From: Amoebidium appalachense
Lineage: Eukaryota; Protista; Ichthyosporea
Assembly (NCBI GenBank): GCA_963693365.1
Contig: CAVNZM010000004.1
Span: forward strand, 13,471,428 to 13,535,427
Length of the DNA stretch: 64,000 bases
Direction: 5' to 3'
Part shown: positions 1-14,509 of the stretch, one piece after another
How positions within the stretch are numbered: the stretch's first letter is position 1
Layout: each line of letters opens with the position of its first letter
The notes under the pieces: model-generated
Told to the model about the DNA's origin: nothing
Databases searched by the model: none
The model's input: the letters and a program-made list of their open reading frames with translations, nothing else
Made by a program: the position numbers and the translations under genes

Positions 1-452
1 CCCCCCCCCCCCCCCCCCCCCCCCCCCTCTCTCTCCCCTACCCCCAACCACCACCACGTAGCAACCTCGTGCAATGTCCCTACGTAATAACACAACATAT
101 GTCCGGAATCCAACCCTGCCCCACACCTCGGTCTGTTCATGCACTCATGTTCATGCCATCATTGGCGCTGGTGGTAGGGTGATAAGGAGTCTCTGTGTGT
201 TTGTCTGCCTGTCTACGTGTGTTGGTGTGCCATGATGCCCGGGAAGCGGGGAAAAGGGGTGACAGAAGAAACGATAGAAGGAGAGAGAAAGGGGGGGAGG
301 GGGGGGGGGGGGGGGGGAGGGGGGGGGGGGACTGGGAGGGGCCGAGGGAGGGAACAGGTGAGAAGGAGGGGAGAGAGGGCGCAAGAAGGGGGGGGAGGGG
401 GGGGGTAGTAGACAGAAAGGAGAAAACAAACGACATAGCGCTAGAGCCATAC

Positions 453-689
453 CTCCGGGCATCTGGGCCATGGGATGTGTGCCTGGCATCATGCCTGCCA
501 CCATGTCATAGCCCGCCACCCCTGCATAGCCAACACCCATATTTGGCATTGCACTTGCCATATTTGGTGCTCCCATGACCATATTAGGGGGCTGAGAATA
601 CACTCCGTAGAAACTGGGCGCTGGTACCTGAGCCATGGGGTTGAAGGGTGGAAAGGGTGCAACTGGTGGTGCAGCTGGTGGTGGAGCTG

Positions 690-751
<62 letters not shown>

Positions 752-1690
752 CGCGCATGTGTGCTTGTGTGTGTGTGTGTGTGTGTGTGTGCCTGTGTGT
801 GTGCGTGTGTGCGTGTCCGTGCGAGCATGTAGGATGTGTGTTGTGCGTGTGTGCGCGGGTGAGCTCGTACATGTGTGTGTGCTTGGGTGCGTGTGAGCGT
901 GTGTGTGCAAGCATGTATAAGTGAGCGACGAGTGAGTAGAAGAGTGTGGGCATGTGTGCACACACGGGCTTGCTTTCAATTTACTTATCGGGTTTCAAAA
1001 ACAGTTCAAATCGGGGCAGAGAGAGAGAGGAGAGGGCTTGAGGAGCCAACAGGAAGGAAAAAACACCAACAAACACACTAAAAACCGCTTCTGTGCAGAT
1101 CCAAAAGGAAACCCCTTTACTGGAAGATGATTCCAACCCCCCCCCCCCCCCCCTCCCAATATATATATATTATATTAATAATAATAAACACGCACACATA
1201 CTCTCACCAGCACAGCCGACAACCTGTGCAGCAACCCACCTTGGAATTGTGGCTGTGCACCAACAGCCCCGCCAACAAGCGCCGCCCTGCTTGGATGTAT
1301 AAACGGTGCGGGTTCCTCTTTGCTTTCTGGTGCCGGTGGTGGGGGGGCGTGAACAGGAAATGCCTGTGCCGGTGGCTGCAGTGTTTGGGGTTGCTGGTCG
1401 GGCACGGGGGGCTGAGGAAACTGGCTGTAGTATTGCTGGTAGTAGGACACAAACTGGTGATACTGCTCGGGTGTCATCTGTGATGTGTCCCACTTGAACC
1501 CGTACATGTTGAACTGCCCAGACGCATCCTCCCCACCCTGTGCAGGGGCATGCTGGTCGCCCGGCCAGGCATTGACAGGGGGCTGAGCTGGTTCCGTATG
1601 TGCCGGTGGCTGTGGGGCAGGCTCAGGGGGCTTTTCCTTCTGCTGCTCGGCATACCTGCGGGCCTGCTCGGCCCAGTATGCTGCATCCAT
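453..1690 (-). CDS. Low-complexity Pro/Gln/Tyr/Met-rich protein (at least 2 coding exons; ends uncertain)
   Basis: Exon 1690-1240 ([20 protein letters not shown]...[12 protein letters not shown]..., donor GTGGGT) joins in phase to exon 686-453 (APPPAAPP...PMAQMPGG, acceptor ATGCAG, donor GTATGG). A further exon near 240-130 is likely but its acceptor is unclear. The frame is also open upstream to an acceptor at about 1766. Confidence 0.6.
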
Positions 1691-2052
1691 GGCGCTGAAG
1701 GGGTGCCAAGGGTCAGCAACAGCAGCCAACAGGCATAGAGAAAGGCGCTCATAGACTCCCCTGATCTGAAAGATAAGTTGGCGGTCACGTTTGGGAGACA
1801 GAACTGTCTACTTGTTTCAATAAAGTCTGAGCTCCTGGAAGCATGAAGGGCAAGTGCCTGCGTGCCTGCAGGTGCAGTTAAATCTGTGCCCATAGTGTCC
1901 TTGCGATAAAAACTGACAGTGCCTTCAGTTGCGCCACAAGCTAACGTGCAGGTTTGTGGTTTCACGGTACTTGGCCTGTTAATCATCTAGTATCTTGGCC
2001 GTCAGAATGCACTCATTCGCAATATATATGTGTGTGTGTGTGTGTGTGGGGG

Positions 2053-2155
<103 letters not shown>

Positions 2156-2498
2156 TGAGTGGGTGCATGCGCGCACGTGTGTATGGGAAACCTAACAACA
2201 AAAAGAAATAGATTAGAAGGCCTTCAACTCGTGAACGTCCTTATAACCTCTTGTATTGTACGTGGGTGGAAAGAAACGAAATAGAACCGAAGGCTCTGAA
2301 GCTCTGAAAGAAATACGGACATACGAACAAACAGGAAGGCGCACACCAACACCTGCCAGGGCAGAGGTAGCGAGAGAGAGGAGAAAGGGAGAGGGAAGAA
2401 GGGAGGGAGGGAGGGAGGGAGGGAGGGAGAGAGATGGAGGGAGGGAGGGAGAAAGAGAGAGAGAGAAGAGAGAGAGGGGGGGGGGGAGGGGGGGGGGG

Positions 2499-2588
<90 letters not shown>

Positions 2589-3299
2589 AGAGAGAGAGAG
2601 AGCTGGGGGCGGGGGGGGGGGGGGGAGGAAGGAAGAGAGTGAGGGAGAGAGAGTATGGCAGTAGATGACATGTTGGGGGTGGCGTGGAGGGAGACTAGGG
2701 GAAGATGAGTTTGAGAGTTTGTATGGGTATACGTGTGTGCATGCTTCATGCTTTGGCGTGTGTACGGATGTTCTCTGTAGCGTATATTGGTTTTGTTTCT
2801 TTAGAAATTCACAAGCAAGCTAGCAAGCATGCATGTGTCGTAGACAGGCAAATACGGCGCAGAGGGAGTAACAGGGAAGTTAAACGCGAAACACGAAAAA
2901 GGAAAGACTGCAGAGACACCAAAAGCGTGTGGAAGATAAAAAGCCAGTTGCAGGAAAACGTAGACTCTAGCAGTTCCCTCCTGCTTGTGTGACAGGCAGC
3001 AATGAGGCGACGGTAGGACGGATCGTTGTGCGGTAAGAAACAAAATGTGCAGAAATTCGAAAGGGACATCAATCCAGACTCACCAGCAGCAAGAAATAAA
3101 GGCGCACCACTCAGAGGCCGTGGAGCTCTTGGATTACGGGGTTCGGTTGTTTCTCGTCACGACTCCAGCTCAGTCGCACAGGCTCATAACTTCTGAAAAC
3201 TGCAAACTTTTATTCAATGTGAAACCCAATCAGACCTAGCTAAAGCGCACCACCTGACGTAAGGCGATACCACATTAGCCAATGTCCGGTCCTCGGCGT

Positions 3300-3342
<43 letters not shown>

Positions 3343-4104
3343 ACCACCACCCAAAAAAAAAAAAAAAAAAAAAAAAAAGAAAGTAAGAAAGAAAGAAAGA
3401 AAGAAAGAAAGAAGGAAAGACAGAAAAACAGAGAAAGGAAAATAATCACCTTGGTGGTCTTGTCAGCCCATGCATCAACTGCAACTACGTGCACAAACAC
3501 CGAACACACGCGTGACACACACTGCCAGATCATCGGCACACAGCAAAGGCTACCCACAAAACGTATTACACAGCCACCCAATGATATTTCTAGGCACATG
3601 TACAGCCAACCATATGTGTGCGTTTACAGTGTAGTGCAGGTGACACCCACAACACCAGGTTCTGTGCGTAACAAAGGTTGCATGAGTCCACACACACAGG
3701 TGTGCACATACGTTTATTATTCACACACACTAGCCTGCGCGCGCACACATAACATACACCGTAGCACACACAGGTGCTATACTGACTTGGTGCTTCTGCT
3801 TGCACTACTTGCAAGCCGAACTGTACTGATCAATAGCCTAAAGTCGTATATTCCTTAATGCCGTCACGGTGGCACTTTGAGTTCAACCAGAATATGGCAC
3901 TTTGCTGAGCTCAACCAGAAACTAAAAACGACACAGAAATTTGATCATACGTGGACGCTCTCGCCACACACAACAACCTTCATACAATATATCACATGCT
4001 CAGCTAAGCCGATCAATTCCGTTTCTGGTCATCAAAAAAATCTCACTATGACGTGCAAGATACTATATCAAGTACGAACAGTTAGGGTTGCACGTGGATG
4101 TCAA

Positions 4105-5481
4105 TTAGTCATCAACAGCCAGGGCCAAGATGGGTGCAGCTATCTCCTGGATGGTGGGAAAGATGTTGGCCTTGGGCAGCTCCTCGGCATAGTTGTGGCC
4201 CTTCTCTTGCAGGGCAGACACAGAGGGGTCGATGGGCAGTCGGCCTAATTGTATGGTATCAATCACTGGCCATGTGAATAATAAATGCAGCGCAGACATC
4301 GAATTGTGGCTCCAAAAGGCTCAATGCTCAGTGGCTGGTACTAAAAACGCTTTCCCCCACAACGAGAAAAAATAGTGCCTTTCCAACCAAGACAATGATG
4401 ACTTAAACTTAATTTGATGTATCTCGTCACAGTGTCAACAAGTGTCAAAAGAGACCCTTGGAAAAACATGCTTGCTTGAGCAGGTATATGCCCCAATTGG
4501 GGGGAGAGGTGGGTAAGAGAACGAAGGGCAGTCGCAAAAATGGCTTACGGGTGAAGACGTTTTGTGGTGATTTGGAGTAGGTAGGTGGGTGGGTAGTGGG
4601 GGGTGGGGGTGGTTGGTGGTGGTGGTGGTGGTGATGGTGGTGGGTGGGGGTGAGGGGGGGGATGACAAACGTCACGGTCCTGAGGTCCACATACCCAAAA
4701 ACGGGACATTGAAATCCTTTGCCATCTGCTCTCCTCCACCCGTCGAGAAGATGTACGTAATTTCCTGCACGGGCAACTATTAAGAGTGGCTCTGACGAGG
4801 CACACTGAACAGTTTGTCACATACTGCTCTAGATAGCCCACACCCACTCACTCTCAAGGTGCACGGGATTATTTGAGGTCAAGCAAAAATAAAGCAGTTA
4901 AAATGCCTGCTAACCAGCCAGATAGTTAAATGCTAGATATGTTCAATGCTGCCAACCCATGGCAATTCTCCCACACTCACACACACTCCCCATTCGACAC
5001 ACCCACTCACCCACACCCCCGCCACCAAACCCACCCGCCAACGCATCCACGCACCTTGCAGCACTGGCATGCATAGCCACTCATGTTCTCCACCACCCCC
5101 AGCACCTTGAGCCTTGCCCGTTTGCAGAAGTTGAGCTCTTTCCTCACGTCCAGCGTAGCCACACCCTGCAGCCATGCACACGTGTCATTGGCAGATACCC
5201 TCAAAACTTTCTAACCAGTTTCTTGCATTGTACGATAAAATGATAATTCTATTGCATTTCCGGTTAGGCAAGGGAGGGAGGGAGGCAGGGTGTGTGTGTG
5301 TGTGTGTGTGCGTGTGTGTGTTCGGGAGGGGGAGGGGGGGAGAAGGCCCGAGATTGGGAAAACCGGTACCAACCCCCCCCCCCCCCCCCCCCCCCCCCCA
5401 CCCAAAAAAAAAAAAACAAAAACAAAAAAAAAACAAAAAAACAAAGGGAAAGAACGAAAAAGAAGAATGACCTACCCACCT

Positions 5482-5540
<59 letters not shown>

Positions 5541-5621
5541 GTAAGGGTACCAATGGGGGGGGGGGGGGGGAGGGGGGGGGGGGGGGCAAGGGGGGTGTTT
5601 ATGATTAAATGCACATGACGA

Positions 5622-5687
<66 letters not shown>

Positions 5688-6529
5688 AAAGAACAACCAA
5701 AAAGCATGACCCGGGGGGGGAGGGGGGTTTTGAATGCGTCAAAAAGTACGAAGTACACAAGAACAAACGGATAACACGATGCAGAATGCAAGCCATACAT
5801 AAAGAGTATGCATAATAAGCAGAGCCCATCCTCAGGGGGGGCCCACGTCATCCACAGTACCCGAGTTTCGACCTATTCCCCTCGTTAACGAAACCCAACT
5901 CAGATACTGTTTCACTTGAACATGAGTAGGTCACCCGTCTTGATCAGAGACGAGCAGGGTTGCTTATGCAGGCAAGGGCAGTGGGAAAGGCCGGGGGTTA
6001 AAGTTGCAGCAGTAAGCAGAAGCAAGAAAAATATAGATAGGAACTCAGGAGACGGGGCTTCTAGGAAGCTCCCCCGTCGATACCTAAGTCGATACTTCCC
6101 TGGCTAACATACTACACCAGCTGAAAAGAATTAAGTCCCGAAGGCCACAGAATTCGTAATCAGAGGGGAAAATATGAGATTTGACCCACGCCGCAGGGTA
6201 GTAACACGCTTACTAGGGCGGAACTTTATCGTCTTCGAACGGAAAGCTATGCCCCCGGATGTCAGCCGGAAATATGGTATCACCCATTGCTTTGGGCTTG
6301 AAAAAAGCCAAACCGATAGTCCGAGTTATGTTACGCCGGCGGGTAACATGCCGCATGGGTTCCAAGGGAGCTGTCGCCAACAGAGCGGTGTGTGCATGCG
6401 TGCGCGTAACGCAATGTGTGAAGTGTGTCTATAGCTATGAAAGGGGGTATGCAGAAGTGGACAGATGAAGTGTGTGGAGAGAAAAACAGTAAGAAGAAAA
6501 GTAGACACCGGTATGTGCAACCCCGCACA

Positions 6530-6564
<35 letters not shown>

Positions 6565-6625
6565 AATAAGCGAAGATTACAGGTAATCAACCAGAACAAC
6601 AAATGACAAGCAAAACAACAGGCGC

Positions 6626-6658
<33 letters not shown>

Positions 6659-6663
6659 AGGAA

Positions 6664-6760
<97 letters not shown>

Positions 6761-7603
6761 GAGGAGAGGGAGAGAGGGAGAGAGAGAGAGAGAGAGAGGT
6801 GGGGGGGGGGGGGGGGGGGGGGAGGGGGAGGGGGAGGGGGAGGGGGGTCTTAGGGATGCTGCAGAATCGTCAGATATTAGACAAATCGTACCAATACGAT
6901 CATTCTCTCATATATGTGAGAAGATTGTGACTAACGATGTGCAGATCTGGTTAAGACCTGTTGGGTGTGCAGAGAAAATGGGAGGGGAAGGAGGAGGGAA
7001 AGGGGGAGGGGGGGGGGGGAAGTAAGAGAGGGGAGGGAATGTTAGAGTGTCAGTAGTCTCAGGGGACCCTGCAGAGTCGTTAGATGTCAGACAAAAACGC
7101 ACCAACGACCAAGTTCTCCGAGGGGAGAAATGCGTAAAACGTTCTGCAGAGTGGGTTAGAGACCTGCTGATGAGAAGAGTGTATACAGGGTTTGGCCAGG
7201 GGGGGGGGGGGGGGGGGGAAGGGGGGGGGAAAAAGAAGGTAGGAGGGGAAGGGGGGGGGGGGGGGGGGGTTTTGAATGCGTCAAAAAGTACGAAGTACAC
7301 AAGAACAAACGGATAACACGATGCAGAATGCAAGCCATACATAAAGAGTATGCATAATAAGCAGAGCCCATCCTCAGGGGGGGCCCACGTCATCCACAGT
7401 ACCCGAGTTTCGACCTATTCCCCTCGTTAACGAAACCCAACTCAGATACTGTTTCACTTGAACATGAGTAGGTCACCCGTCTTGATCAGAGACGAGCAGG
7501 GTTGCTTATGCAGGCAAGGGCAGTGGGAAAGGCCGGGGGTTAAAGTTGCAGCAGTAAGCAGAAGCAAGAAAAATGGGGGGGGGGGGGGGAGGAGAAGGGG
7601 GAA

Positions 7604-7635
<32 letters not shown>

Positions 7636-7664
7636 GAGGGAAGGGAGGGGGAGGGAGGGAGGGG

Positions 7665-7719
<55 letters not shown>

Positions 7720-9039
7720 CTGTGGTGGACAGATCAGAGACGAGACCTCCATTTCAAAACTTACCAGGCAACCCAAAAAACCTAGCCGGCTGAGAAAGAA
7801 GAACGGCGGGGGAATTGTTTGGGAAAAGGAGCGGGGGGAGAGAGAGAGGGGGGGGGGGGGGGGGGGGGGGGAGGGGGGGAAGGGGGGGGAGAGGGGGGAG
7901 AGAGGGGGAGAGGGAGAGAGAGAGAGAGGGAGGGAGAGAACGAGAGAGAACGAAAGAGAGCGAGAGGGGGGGGAGGGGGGGGGGGGGGGGGGGACTACTG
8001 ACACATACACTCCTGGGCTCCTGGGGAAACACCGTATGATATACACATGCCTACTCAACAACACCACAAACATAAAAACGGCAAACCAAAAGAAGGTCGA
8101 AAGAGTGGGCGAGGAAGTAGCCGAAAGAGTCTTCATATCACATGCGTAATCACAAGCAAACCACCACGGTAAAATAAAACCCAAACCCACACAAGGAGAA
8201 AAAAGCACACACCTGCGGTGTTGTCACAACCACGGCCCCATCCGGATTGTACGCCCGTAGGTTCTCCACCACAGAGATGTGTTCGTCAGACGTACCTGCA
8301 CCACATGCTCCATATAAGGAAAGGCAATCACGCACAAACACCTTCCTAATTACCCTAGAGTGTTGAAGTAATGTGTGGTAAGTAAAAGCGTTTGAATTTA
8401 TCATAAGATCAGTTTGTTGCTTTGCGTGTCTCCAGTTCCCTAAGCTCTATAGATTAATTTTGCATTCAATACATTGCGATACTACCACTATTGAACAGGC
8501 AAACACGACATACAAAAAGTTGTATATTCTGGGATTGATTATGGTAGGATATCTTTAAAGCTGGTGTAAGTTGGCTTTGAGCCTCATACATTCAACTTCC
8601 ATGACCATATTTAGAAAGAGGGGAGTGCACTACAACCACATTCTGAAAGTGCTGCAACGGGCCAGCAAGTCAGTATACATGCCATGAGCTCCTGCCATGA
8701 GCTTTGCCCAGGTCTTACTATTCGCCAGCCCCCCCCCCCCCCCCCCCCTTTCTCCGGTTGCACATATATACACATGTATCCCACCACCACACACGCACAG
8801 ACACAATAATAAAGTCCGAGGTATATAAAAAGGATCCCCCCCCCCCCCCCTTTTTTTTTGGGGGGGGGGGGGGGGGGGGGGGGGGGGAGAGGCACAATAC
8901 GTAAGATCGTGTTTTCCCTTTCTTGCTCTGCTTCATCCTATTATCTTCTTGACTCTCCCTTGCCGATATGGCGCCAAGTTTTCTTCTGCCTCTTTGGGCC
9001 AAGAAAAGGAGTATGAGTGTTTGTGTTTGTGTGTGTCGA

Positions 9040-9079
<40 letters not shown>

Positions 9080-9304
9080 CTGGAGGTGTGTCGATAATAA
9101 GGAAGTCCAGATCTCCCCACACTACATCCGACAAGAACTGTTTGATCATTGCTGTAAGGGGAATAGCATGTGAGTCCACTTCTGTCCCCTTCCCTCCCTC
9201 CCCCCCCCCCCCCCCCCCCCCCCCCCTCCCCCCCTGTCTCTCCCCCCCCCCCCCCCCTCCACCCCCCCCACACACACCTTTCCCTCCTCTCCCTCCCCCA
9301 AGAA

Positions 9305-9346
<42 letters not shown>

Positions 9347-9533
9347 TGGTGGTGGTGGGGTGGTGGTGGTGGTGGTGGTGGTGGTGGTGGTGGTGGTGGT
9401 GGTGGGGGAAGGGGGGGGGGGGGGGGGGGGGGGAGGATGAGCAAAGAAAGCTACACATACACAAAGGATTACAGGCATAAGAGTTTATAGCCCGAAATTG
9501 CTTTCGTACCTGAGTTCACTCCATGCTCTTCCA

Positions 9534-9608
<75 letters not shown>

Positions 9609-10275
9609 TGCCGCAAGCATATACGCTCCCAAAAGCATGAATGCACAGACACACGTACTTCCGACATGTCAGCAAAACAAGAAAACAGTGTACATGCTCA
9701 AGCCCACCAAATAACGGCAACACAAGTAAACACAAAAACGAACATGGTTGCACACAATCCACACCTGCCGTGGCACCGTGCCGTTAGAAACAACGTTGGC
9801 CCGCACTTGAACCATTCCCAAATGCGGGGAAATCAAAGAGGGAAAAAAAACCAAAAAAAAAAAAAAAAACCTGTCTCTCTCCCTACCCTCTACACCAAAC
9901 TAGTAACCCACCTGTCTTTTTTGGGCCTCGCCACACCACGGGATCTTTTGGGTTGCCCAGCAGAAAACCGATAGACATGAGTGCCAGACCTTGGTCTTTC
10001 GTGACATACACAGGCACCCATCTGAAAGGACCAAAATAAGTCACTTTGACACCAATAAATCGGCGTAAGGATTCGACAATCGATTCCAAAATAGGATTAA
10101 ATGACAGAGGGCACCATACGTGCCCGAACAACACGGACATCAAAGAAATAGGCTGCAAAAGGGCAGGACAATGGCTGGGCACAAAGCTCCTCCAGGGAAG
10201 GAGTGCATTGGGAAACAGAAACAGTGTGTACGTGTGTGTGTGTGTGTGTTTATGCCTTCACCTTTTTCCACGTAC

Positions 10276-10319
<44 letters not shown>

Positions 10320-11335
10320 ACACACACTCATACTCGTACACACCCACACCCATCCTAATCTATCTCCCCCCTCCCCTCCCCCTCCCCCCCCCCCCCCCCC
10401 CCCCCCCCGCCGCTATCATCACACACCCCGCCATCACCACACACCATTTAACACCAAGCACAAAAATAAACAAAAATAGAGCATATAACGCAAACCTTTA
10501 CAGCCTAACCAGATTGTACAAAATAGGATCAACATACCCCAGGCTTTAGCCAATGCTATTTTCATACTTACCCTTCGTCACATTGGTGAATTGCTGACTC
10601 TTCCACACCGAACATTTTAGGAATACTTGGTCCACACAAGTCTATATCCAATATCCCAACCTGCAAGTCCACCCACACATTGTGAGTAACTGCCCATAGT
10701 ACAGGAGAAAAGTCGACACAAGCTTTACCTCCCTCATGTCCCCAATAAACACCTGCTTTCAGACTTTGAATGCTCAACAACCCCATCCCGAAGTAGTAAT
10801 CGATGCATGAAAGGTTGAACAACGCAACATCACGCGATCACCTGTCGAAAACTTCAGCACATCAATCGATCAAATCGTTGCGTGCACAACTCCTCTTCAT
10901 CCTTCTTTTCGATAAGGACAAGTGTGGCTTTGTCCGCAAAAGGCAACAACTGTGCAAGACAAGGCAACCGAACCTCACCTTCTTGCCCGCATGCTTAAGG
11001 GCGATTGCAAGCTCTGTCGATACCGTACTCTTTCCCACGCCTCCCTTTCCAGAAAGAACAAGCACCACGTGCTTGACCCCCTTCAAGCCGTCCAGTTCCC
11101 CTGCACAAAAAAAAAAAAAACCTTTAAGATTTTTGAGCAAACCGAGTACCGGTTTCTCTGACTATCCCCCCTCCTCCCCCCTTCCCTCCCCCCCTCCCTT
11201 CCCCTTCCCCAAGCCCGCCACCAGCTGCCAGGCACACAGTGTCGCCATCAAAACACCCTCGCCAACCTGTGCGACCACAAGCATCCCATGTGATGAAGAA
11301 AACCACAAAACAAGCACCGTACCTGAGCTTGCCAT
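4105..11335 (-). CDS. NUBP2: Cytosolic Fe-S cluster assembly factor NUBP2/Cfd1 (Mrp/NBP35 P-loop NTPase), 9 exons
   Basis: Spliced translation [30 protein letters not shown] (deviant Walker A)...[11 protein letters not shown]...[39 protein letters not shown]...VVVTTPQ...[24 protein letters not shown]...FLGRLPIDP. It lacks the Cys-rich N-terminal extension of NUBP1/Nbp35. Confidence 0.93.
5728..6594 (-). mobile_element. Full-length copy of an ~860-bp non-coding interspersed element (in NUBP2 intron 6)
   Basis: Reverse complement of 20120-20979 (roughly 95% identical by eye), with the same 5' end (CTGGTTGATTACCTG) and 3' end (GACGCATTYAAAA then a C-run). Confidence 0.88.
6846..7166. repeat. 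Two diverged ~115-bp homologous stem-loop units (6846-6960 and 7055-7166)
   Basis: Shared blocks CTGCAGA.TCGT.AGAT.T.AGACAAA...TTCTC...GAGAA...AACG.T.TGCAGA...GGTTA.AGACCTG; each unit is self-complementary at its ends. Confidence 0.6.
7270..7574 (-). mobile_element. 5'-truncated copy (3' ~305 bp) of the 860-bp element
   Basis: Matches 5728-6032 apparently exactly; flanked by G-runs on both sides. Confidence 0.8.
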
Positions 11336-12349
11336 GTCTGTGGTAGCAAATAAAAAAGAGGGAAAAGCAAAGGCTGTATGGCGTTAGAGATTTGCACGTT
11401 CACAACTAGCCAATCACCCTATAATACAAACTCCTGCTTCACACTTGCAACTTTGCAGGTTTGGCTCGGCATATGTGCTTCAGGGTGGAAAAGCAAACGT
11501 CATCAAGTTCAACATGGTGCAGGTTCAGCGAATCAGATGTCACACCTTACGTAAGATTGCGCAACACGAGGCTTGCAATGCGATGATTGGTCAACTCTGG
11601 AGCCGGGTGAATCCCTCAAGACTCCCCGCAAGGGGGGGCGTATCGTGTCGTAAAAACTTCGATCGAATTCGGAAACCCTATTTTGAAAAAGGATTCCTAA
11701 GTAAAGAACCAACCCTCTCCAAGCTCCCTAAGCAATCCTTTACCACTCTACCTGGAACGAATAGCTTTTTTTCCTGGCAGGCAGGCCTGGCTCGTTTCCT
11801 AGACCTAGGTGGGGAGTACTGTGGCTGTTTATTGTCGACATCTTATGAATTGTGAAAGGTGCTGGCACCAAGAAAATTAGTGAGTTATTTCCATCTAGCA
11901 AGTGCGCATTCAGATAACGACGTTACAGGGCGTACATCGCATAATTATATGCAAATTTTATAATGTGTTCTTTTCTAATAGACGAGAAAATAAATCCAGT
12001 CAAAAGAAAAGAAAAATCATGAAACACTGCTGCCCATTCTGCACATTGGAGTGTAGGAGGATTGATCACAGTGGTGCGTGTGCCTGACTGTGTGCAAACA
12101 AACGGTGTACACGTGCACACGAAGACATGCCTGGCAGTGTGTGAACCTAATTAATATACAGCAGAGGACATTCTTAGAGAGATCTAATAGGCGTATAAGC
12201 GGGTCTATGCGCGTGTCATCTGAGTAGTTAGAAAGCTAGTTATAGAGCAGTTGAGCGACATATGGTAATGAGAGCCAAGCATTTTGAAGTTGGTTCCGAC
12301 AGGTGAAGCGACTCCACGAACGAGATACTTCGTTGTACGATCATAGAGA
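11336..12349. promoter_or_regulatory. Probable bidirectional promoter between NUBP2 and NOP9
   Basis: Divergent start codons about 1 kb apart; CCAAT/ATTGG boxes near 11410 and 11585; region free of microsatellites. Confidence 0.6.
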
Positions 12350-14459
12350 ATGGCGGAAGAAGGAGGAGGGGAGCAGGGAAAGCATCACTTCAAAAAGTAA
12401 GTGCATTCCAACGTCGTAGAACCCTCCGGCCATTTAATGTATAAGAGCTTCTTTTCCTCCACGGCATAACCCCCCCCCCCCCCCCCCCCCCCTTCCTCTT
12501 CCCCCCCTCCCCCCTCCCCCCCTTCTCCGTCCCTCCCTCCCCTCCTCCCACCCCTCGTCCCCCCCCCCTCCCCCCCCACACACTCCTCTCCGTCCAATTA
12601 TGATTCAACGAGGGTATCTCTCCCCCCCTCCCCCATTCCTCCCCCCTCTCTCCCCCACCATCCCCTCCCCCCCCCCCCCCCCCCTCTCTCCTCTCTTCCC
12701 CCCCCCCCCCCCCCCCCCGGGGTTCCTCTTCTTTGGTGGTCGTGCAAACCTATTCCTTCGTCCGGCAACTGGAAAAGAAGCGGGAGGGGGGGGGGGGGGG
12801 GGGGGGAGGGCGTGAGGGAGGAGGGCCCCGAGGGGAGGAAGGGGGGAGGAGGGGGGGACAGAAGGGAGACGCGGAGAAGGTGGTGTTGGGGAGGGGGTGG
12901 GGGGAGGGGGGACTTCTGGTGTGCGATGACTAGGGAAGGGCCACAAAGGTACCTGCCACTTTCCCTTTTTAGGAAACGTTTATATACTGGAAAATCTGGC
13001 CGAACGTTAACCTTTTTTTCCTATGCAGCAAGAAGAAGAAGCTGCAAAAGAGAGCTAAGCTGGCAGCAAACGAGGAAACCAAGAAATCCAACGTCGACAA
13101 AGAAACACTGGAATATTTCCGTCACGTCAATGGGTTATTGGATGCAGACAATTTTGAGGATGACGAAGAGAGAGAAATTTTCATGGACAACGTGTTTGCT
13201 CAGGCTGAGGGGGTAGAGCTGAAGCTGGCACAGGACCAAGGTGAATGTTGCACCACCACTTGGACATGATTGTTTTGGATTTGCCACGTTCTTTTACGGC
13301 ACCACCCTCGCCTCAAGTGACTTTTACATATCCCCCCCGTTCGTTAGCTCGAAGAAACGTGGAGAAAGGGGGGTGGGAGGGTCAAGGATTTTTTCCCTTT
13401 CTCCGGGGTGAGGGTGGGGGCGGGGGGAGGGGGGGGGGGGGGGAGGGGGGAGGGAAGGGGGGAGAGAAGAGAGGGGGAGGGGAGGGAGAGGGGGAGCGAG
13501 GAAGGGGGGGGAATGGCACCGAGGGGAAAAAAGAGAGCGGAGCAAAGCGTGGAAGGGTGTTTAGGGCCTGGTAGTAGGCTATGACACACCGAAAGGCCGG
13601 GGTGCTTGGATAGGGGTGGTTCGCTGACGTGTATGTGTGTGTGTGCGCGTGTGGGGGGGGGGGGGGGGGGGGGGGGGTTAGGCTGTTGCCTGGATATAGC
13701 GGGTACGGAGAGCATACAGAAGGTAGAAGGTTTGTCCCCCGGGGGGGGGGGGGGGGGGGGGGATTAACAGTCTTTGAATCATTGGGGAGTTCACTGTAGG
13801 GAGGAGACGTGGGGGAGGACGGAGTGAGTAAGGGATTTGGAAGGGAAGTGATTATAACACATATAGATATCCAGTTACATGCACACACTTGTCTGCCTAC
13901 ACGAAGACACGGGGAAGCGACACCCACACCCTATTGGCATACACAACACACAACTGTAGTCATGAACCCCCAATGCTTCACCATACCACTTCTTCTATTT
14001 ATTAACCCTTTTCCCTTTCCAGATTGCAGTGCTATTCTTGAGCGTCTTCTCCGGTCCAGCAACCACACACAGGTCCTTTGTTTTTTCCAGCGCCTGTCTG
14101 GGCGCTATGGAGCAATGGCCCCGGATAGGTTTGCCAGCCACGTGCTACAGACCATTCTGTCTCTCCTCCCGGCCATATTGGCCGCACAGGCTACCTCGGA
14201 GCAGGTGTGTGTACTGGGTGAAGGGGCAGGTATGAAGGTTGGTCACGCATGCACGTGCCTGAACACACATCTACACGTGCACAAACACACACACACACAC
14301 ACACACTCACTCACGGACAGGCAGGTAACGCCTCCTCTCCCTTCATAGCACACAGAACATAACACACAGGTTATTTCCCCTTTCAATCCAAGCCCCCGCC
14401 TCCCCTCTCTCCCCCTCCCCCCCCTCCCAAAAAAAACATGGGCTTGCACACATGCACGT

Positions 14460-14509
<50 letters not shown>

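Noticed and set aside
5916-6468. Short ORFs (63-86 aa) conserved between element copies
   Set aside because: Conservation follows from recent duplication; no RT, endonuclease or transposase motifs.
7167-7200. CTGATGA hammerhead or C-box motif
   Set aside because: No stem II-GAAA partner or properly placed D box.
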